A model generated the notes under the pieces. That model made no database searches and was not told the origin of the DNA. It was given only the letters and a program-made list of their open reading frames with translations. DNA of 64,000 bases, taken from contig CM102286.1 in the NCBI GenBank assembly GCA_046563655.1, positions 14,818,001 through 14,882,000 on the forward strand. Direction: 5' to 3'. Below, piece after piece: positions 62,116 to 64,000 of this stretch. Position 1 is the first letter of the stretch, and each line of letters starts with the position of its first letter. This DNA is from Yuukianura sp. NJ FZ-2021. Its lineage: Eukaryota. The position numbers and the translations under genes were made by a program.

Positions 62116-63000
62116 CTAAATCAGTACCAATGAAGTTCGTATGGAGTAGATTATGCAATTGGTAATTAAGTAAAATTGACCTTGTTGGATTCTGGTCCAG
62201 GTCAAATAGAGAATTAGTAGTAGGGTTATGCCTGATTCTAGTTCGGAGTACAGCATGATGGTGGATTCCCTGTAGTTGTGTCCCAGAAGCTGCCAGAAAA
62301 CGTATTCAATTCGTTCAAGAATAAAGAATGTCGTATTTTCCTGAACATTGAGTACAGAGAATACTGCGGAGATCCAAGTATAGTAAATGGCGGCAAGTTT
62401 TGAGGAAATGTTGACAGTCGTCTTGAGATTTGTCTCTCGTTGTCGATTACAAGCATAGTTTGTAGCAACCAGTAAGATGGAGAACAGAATGCGTGGAGTC
62501 AGAATCACAGCGCATGAGCAGAACATTGCAGATAACGGTGCGTCTATTGCGTAGGTTACAAGCCGGAAGATGGCATGGTAGACTACAATCTTCTGAACTA
62601 AAATATTCGAAATCAAACAGTTGTACTGTACTCACACTCAATTACTAATTGAAATACCTTAAATTACTGTTTACCAGCTCTTAGGAAGATTCCGATGATG
62701 ACGAGTGTACGCCTGAGATGACCTTGGTTTGACCTTTGACCTTCACCGGCAGAGTGAACGGAAGTGAGAATTCGCAGGTAAGTGCGAATTAAAATAGCTC
62801 CGGTAACCAAAACGATTGACGCTACTGCGAAATTTAAAGAAAAAGTTAGCGGCAAACTGATGTTGATTTAAATTGAAACTTTCAAGTTTCAAACTTACAA
62901 AATTTTAACGTCGTTTCCAAAATATTCATTTTGTTCCACTCTCTTTATGTTTTTATGTTTCGTCCGGAAATGACAAAAGTTGTCCAGGCTTAACCCACTG
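62116..63000 (-). CDS. Putative multi-pass membrane protein of unknown function; exon structure uncertain
   Basis: Hydrophobic ORFs 62664-62855 and 62116-62616 with plausible donors at ~62897 and ~62673. Start codon not found. Confidence 0.4.
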
Positions 63001-63595
63001 CTGAATTTTTAGTTTAATTTTTCACTTTCACAACCTAAAACCACATCCTAATTAAAAGTCAATTGAACTTGTAGGAAATGGTTTTTACTTCAACACGGCT
63101 TTTTTGATGAAATGAATAAAGAATTAAGGTCAACTGAATTAATTTTTAGCAATTACTTTTTCAAAATTTCAATTCCAATTTGTAATGTTTACTAAAAAAT
63201 TGATGCGGCTCCATGCTACAAAGGAAGGTATGAAATCCATCCCACTCACGTTTATCTTTTAGTCAAACAAAGTTCCATTTATGGCACAATCTGGATGTTT
63301 TTAGTGTTTTAGTAATCAAATTGTTGATTAGGAATGAGTTCCGTTAAAAAATTATGATTTATGATTAGATCAGACGTTTCATTGCCATGACAACTGAAGG
63401 TCATGATGTTATGTTTGTCAACAATGTTAAATGTGTAAAAGCTTTTAGTAAGATGGCGTGGGATTTGTTGGAAGGGAGTGACTCCCAACGTGAGTGCGAC
63501 CAATTTCACTAATTTTGTAATAAATTTTGTACTTTTCGTTAGGATTTTTTGTAAAGATTTTGAGAATTTTGTAATATTTTGATACACTAAACAGA

Positions 63596-64000
63596 ATGCC
63601 TGAAGAGCTTGATTTGCAAGTGACTGGAGGAGGCCGCAGTGGTGTCAATCCTGCTGACACTTTCACACTCCGTAAAAAAACACAAAAAGTCTAAAGTTTT
63701 TTGTACTTTTCAAAAAAAAAGTTTCAAAATACACTTTGTTTCATTTTCTTCAGGGTACAAGATTCTGGGTGAGGTTGGAGAGGGATCGTATTCAAAAGTG
63801 TTGAAATGTCGCCATCGGGAAAGCGGAGAACTCTTTGCATGCAAACGCCTCAAACAAACCTACAAATCGTAAAAAAATTGCATACATTTCATAAATTGTT
63901 CAAAATTTTGACATTTTTGAAAATTTATTTAGTTGGAATCAAGTAGCCGACGTTCCAGAACTCGTCACTCTCCGAAAACTCATGAAGCATCCCAACATTC
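63596..64000 (+). CDS. MOK: MOK (MAPK/MAK/MRK overlapping kinase)-like CMGC kinase, 5' part, runs off the window
   Basis: YKILGEVGEGSYSKVLKC..FACKRLKQTYKS|WNQVADVPELVTLRKLMKHPNI matches the MOK N-lobe (IGEGTFSEV..YACKQMKQ..LRRLNPHPNI). Confidence 0.75.

Overview
This is eukaryotic DNA from an AT-rich, gene-dense invertebrate genome with many short (~55-120 nt) GT-AG introns. Gene content points to an arthropod; a springtail-like hexapod is my guess, not shown by the sequence. About 20 spliced genes were rebuilt by hand. The most unusual feature is a tandem triplication (~4.1 kb unit, minus strand, 10.7-22.5 kb) of an intact receptor tyrosine kinase: signal peptide, catalytically dead trypsin-like domain, two LDL-receptor class A repeats, TM helix and a PVR/VEGFR-class kinase. 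The kinases are near-identical while the ectodomains diverge. Nearby are three stefin (type-1 cystatin)-fold genes that have all lost the QxVxG inhibitory loop (two carry N-terminal membrane-anchor-like extensions), two beta/gamma-crystallin-like secreted proteins, two paralogous single-pass PPxY proteins, two gustatory-receptor-like genes, an NPC2/ML protein, an intronless 2OG-Fe(II) oxygenase and a Cys-rich furin-processed peptide. The right part holds a 22-kb Patj/MPDZ gene (L27 plus ~11 PDZ) with tRNA-like repeats and a 59-bp minisatellite in its introns, then the start of a MOK-like kinase. All gene models are manual and were not checked against databases.
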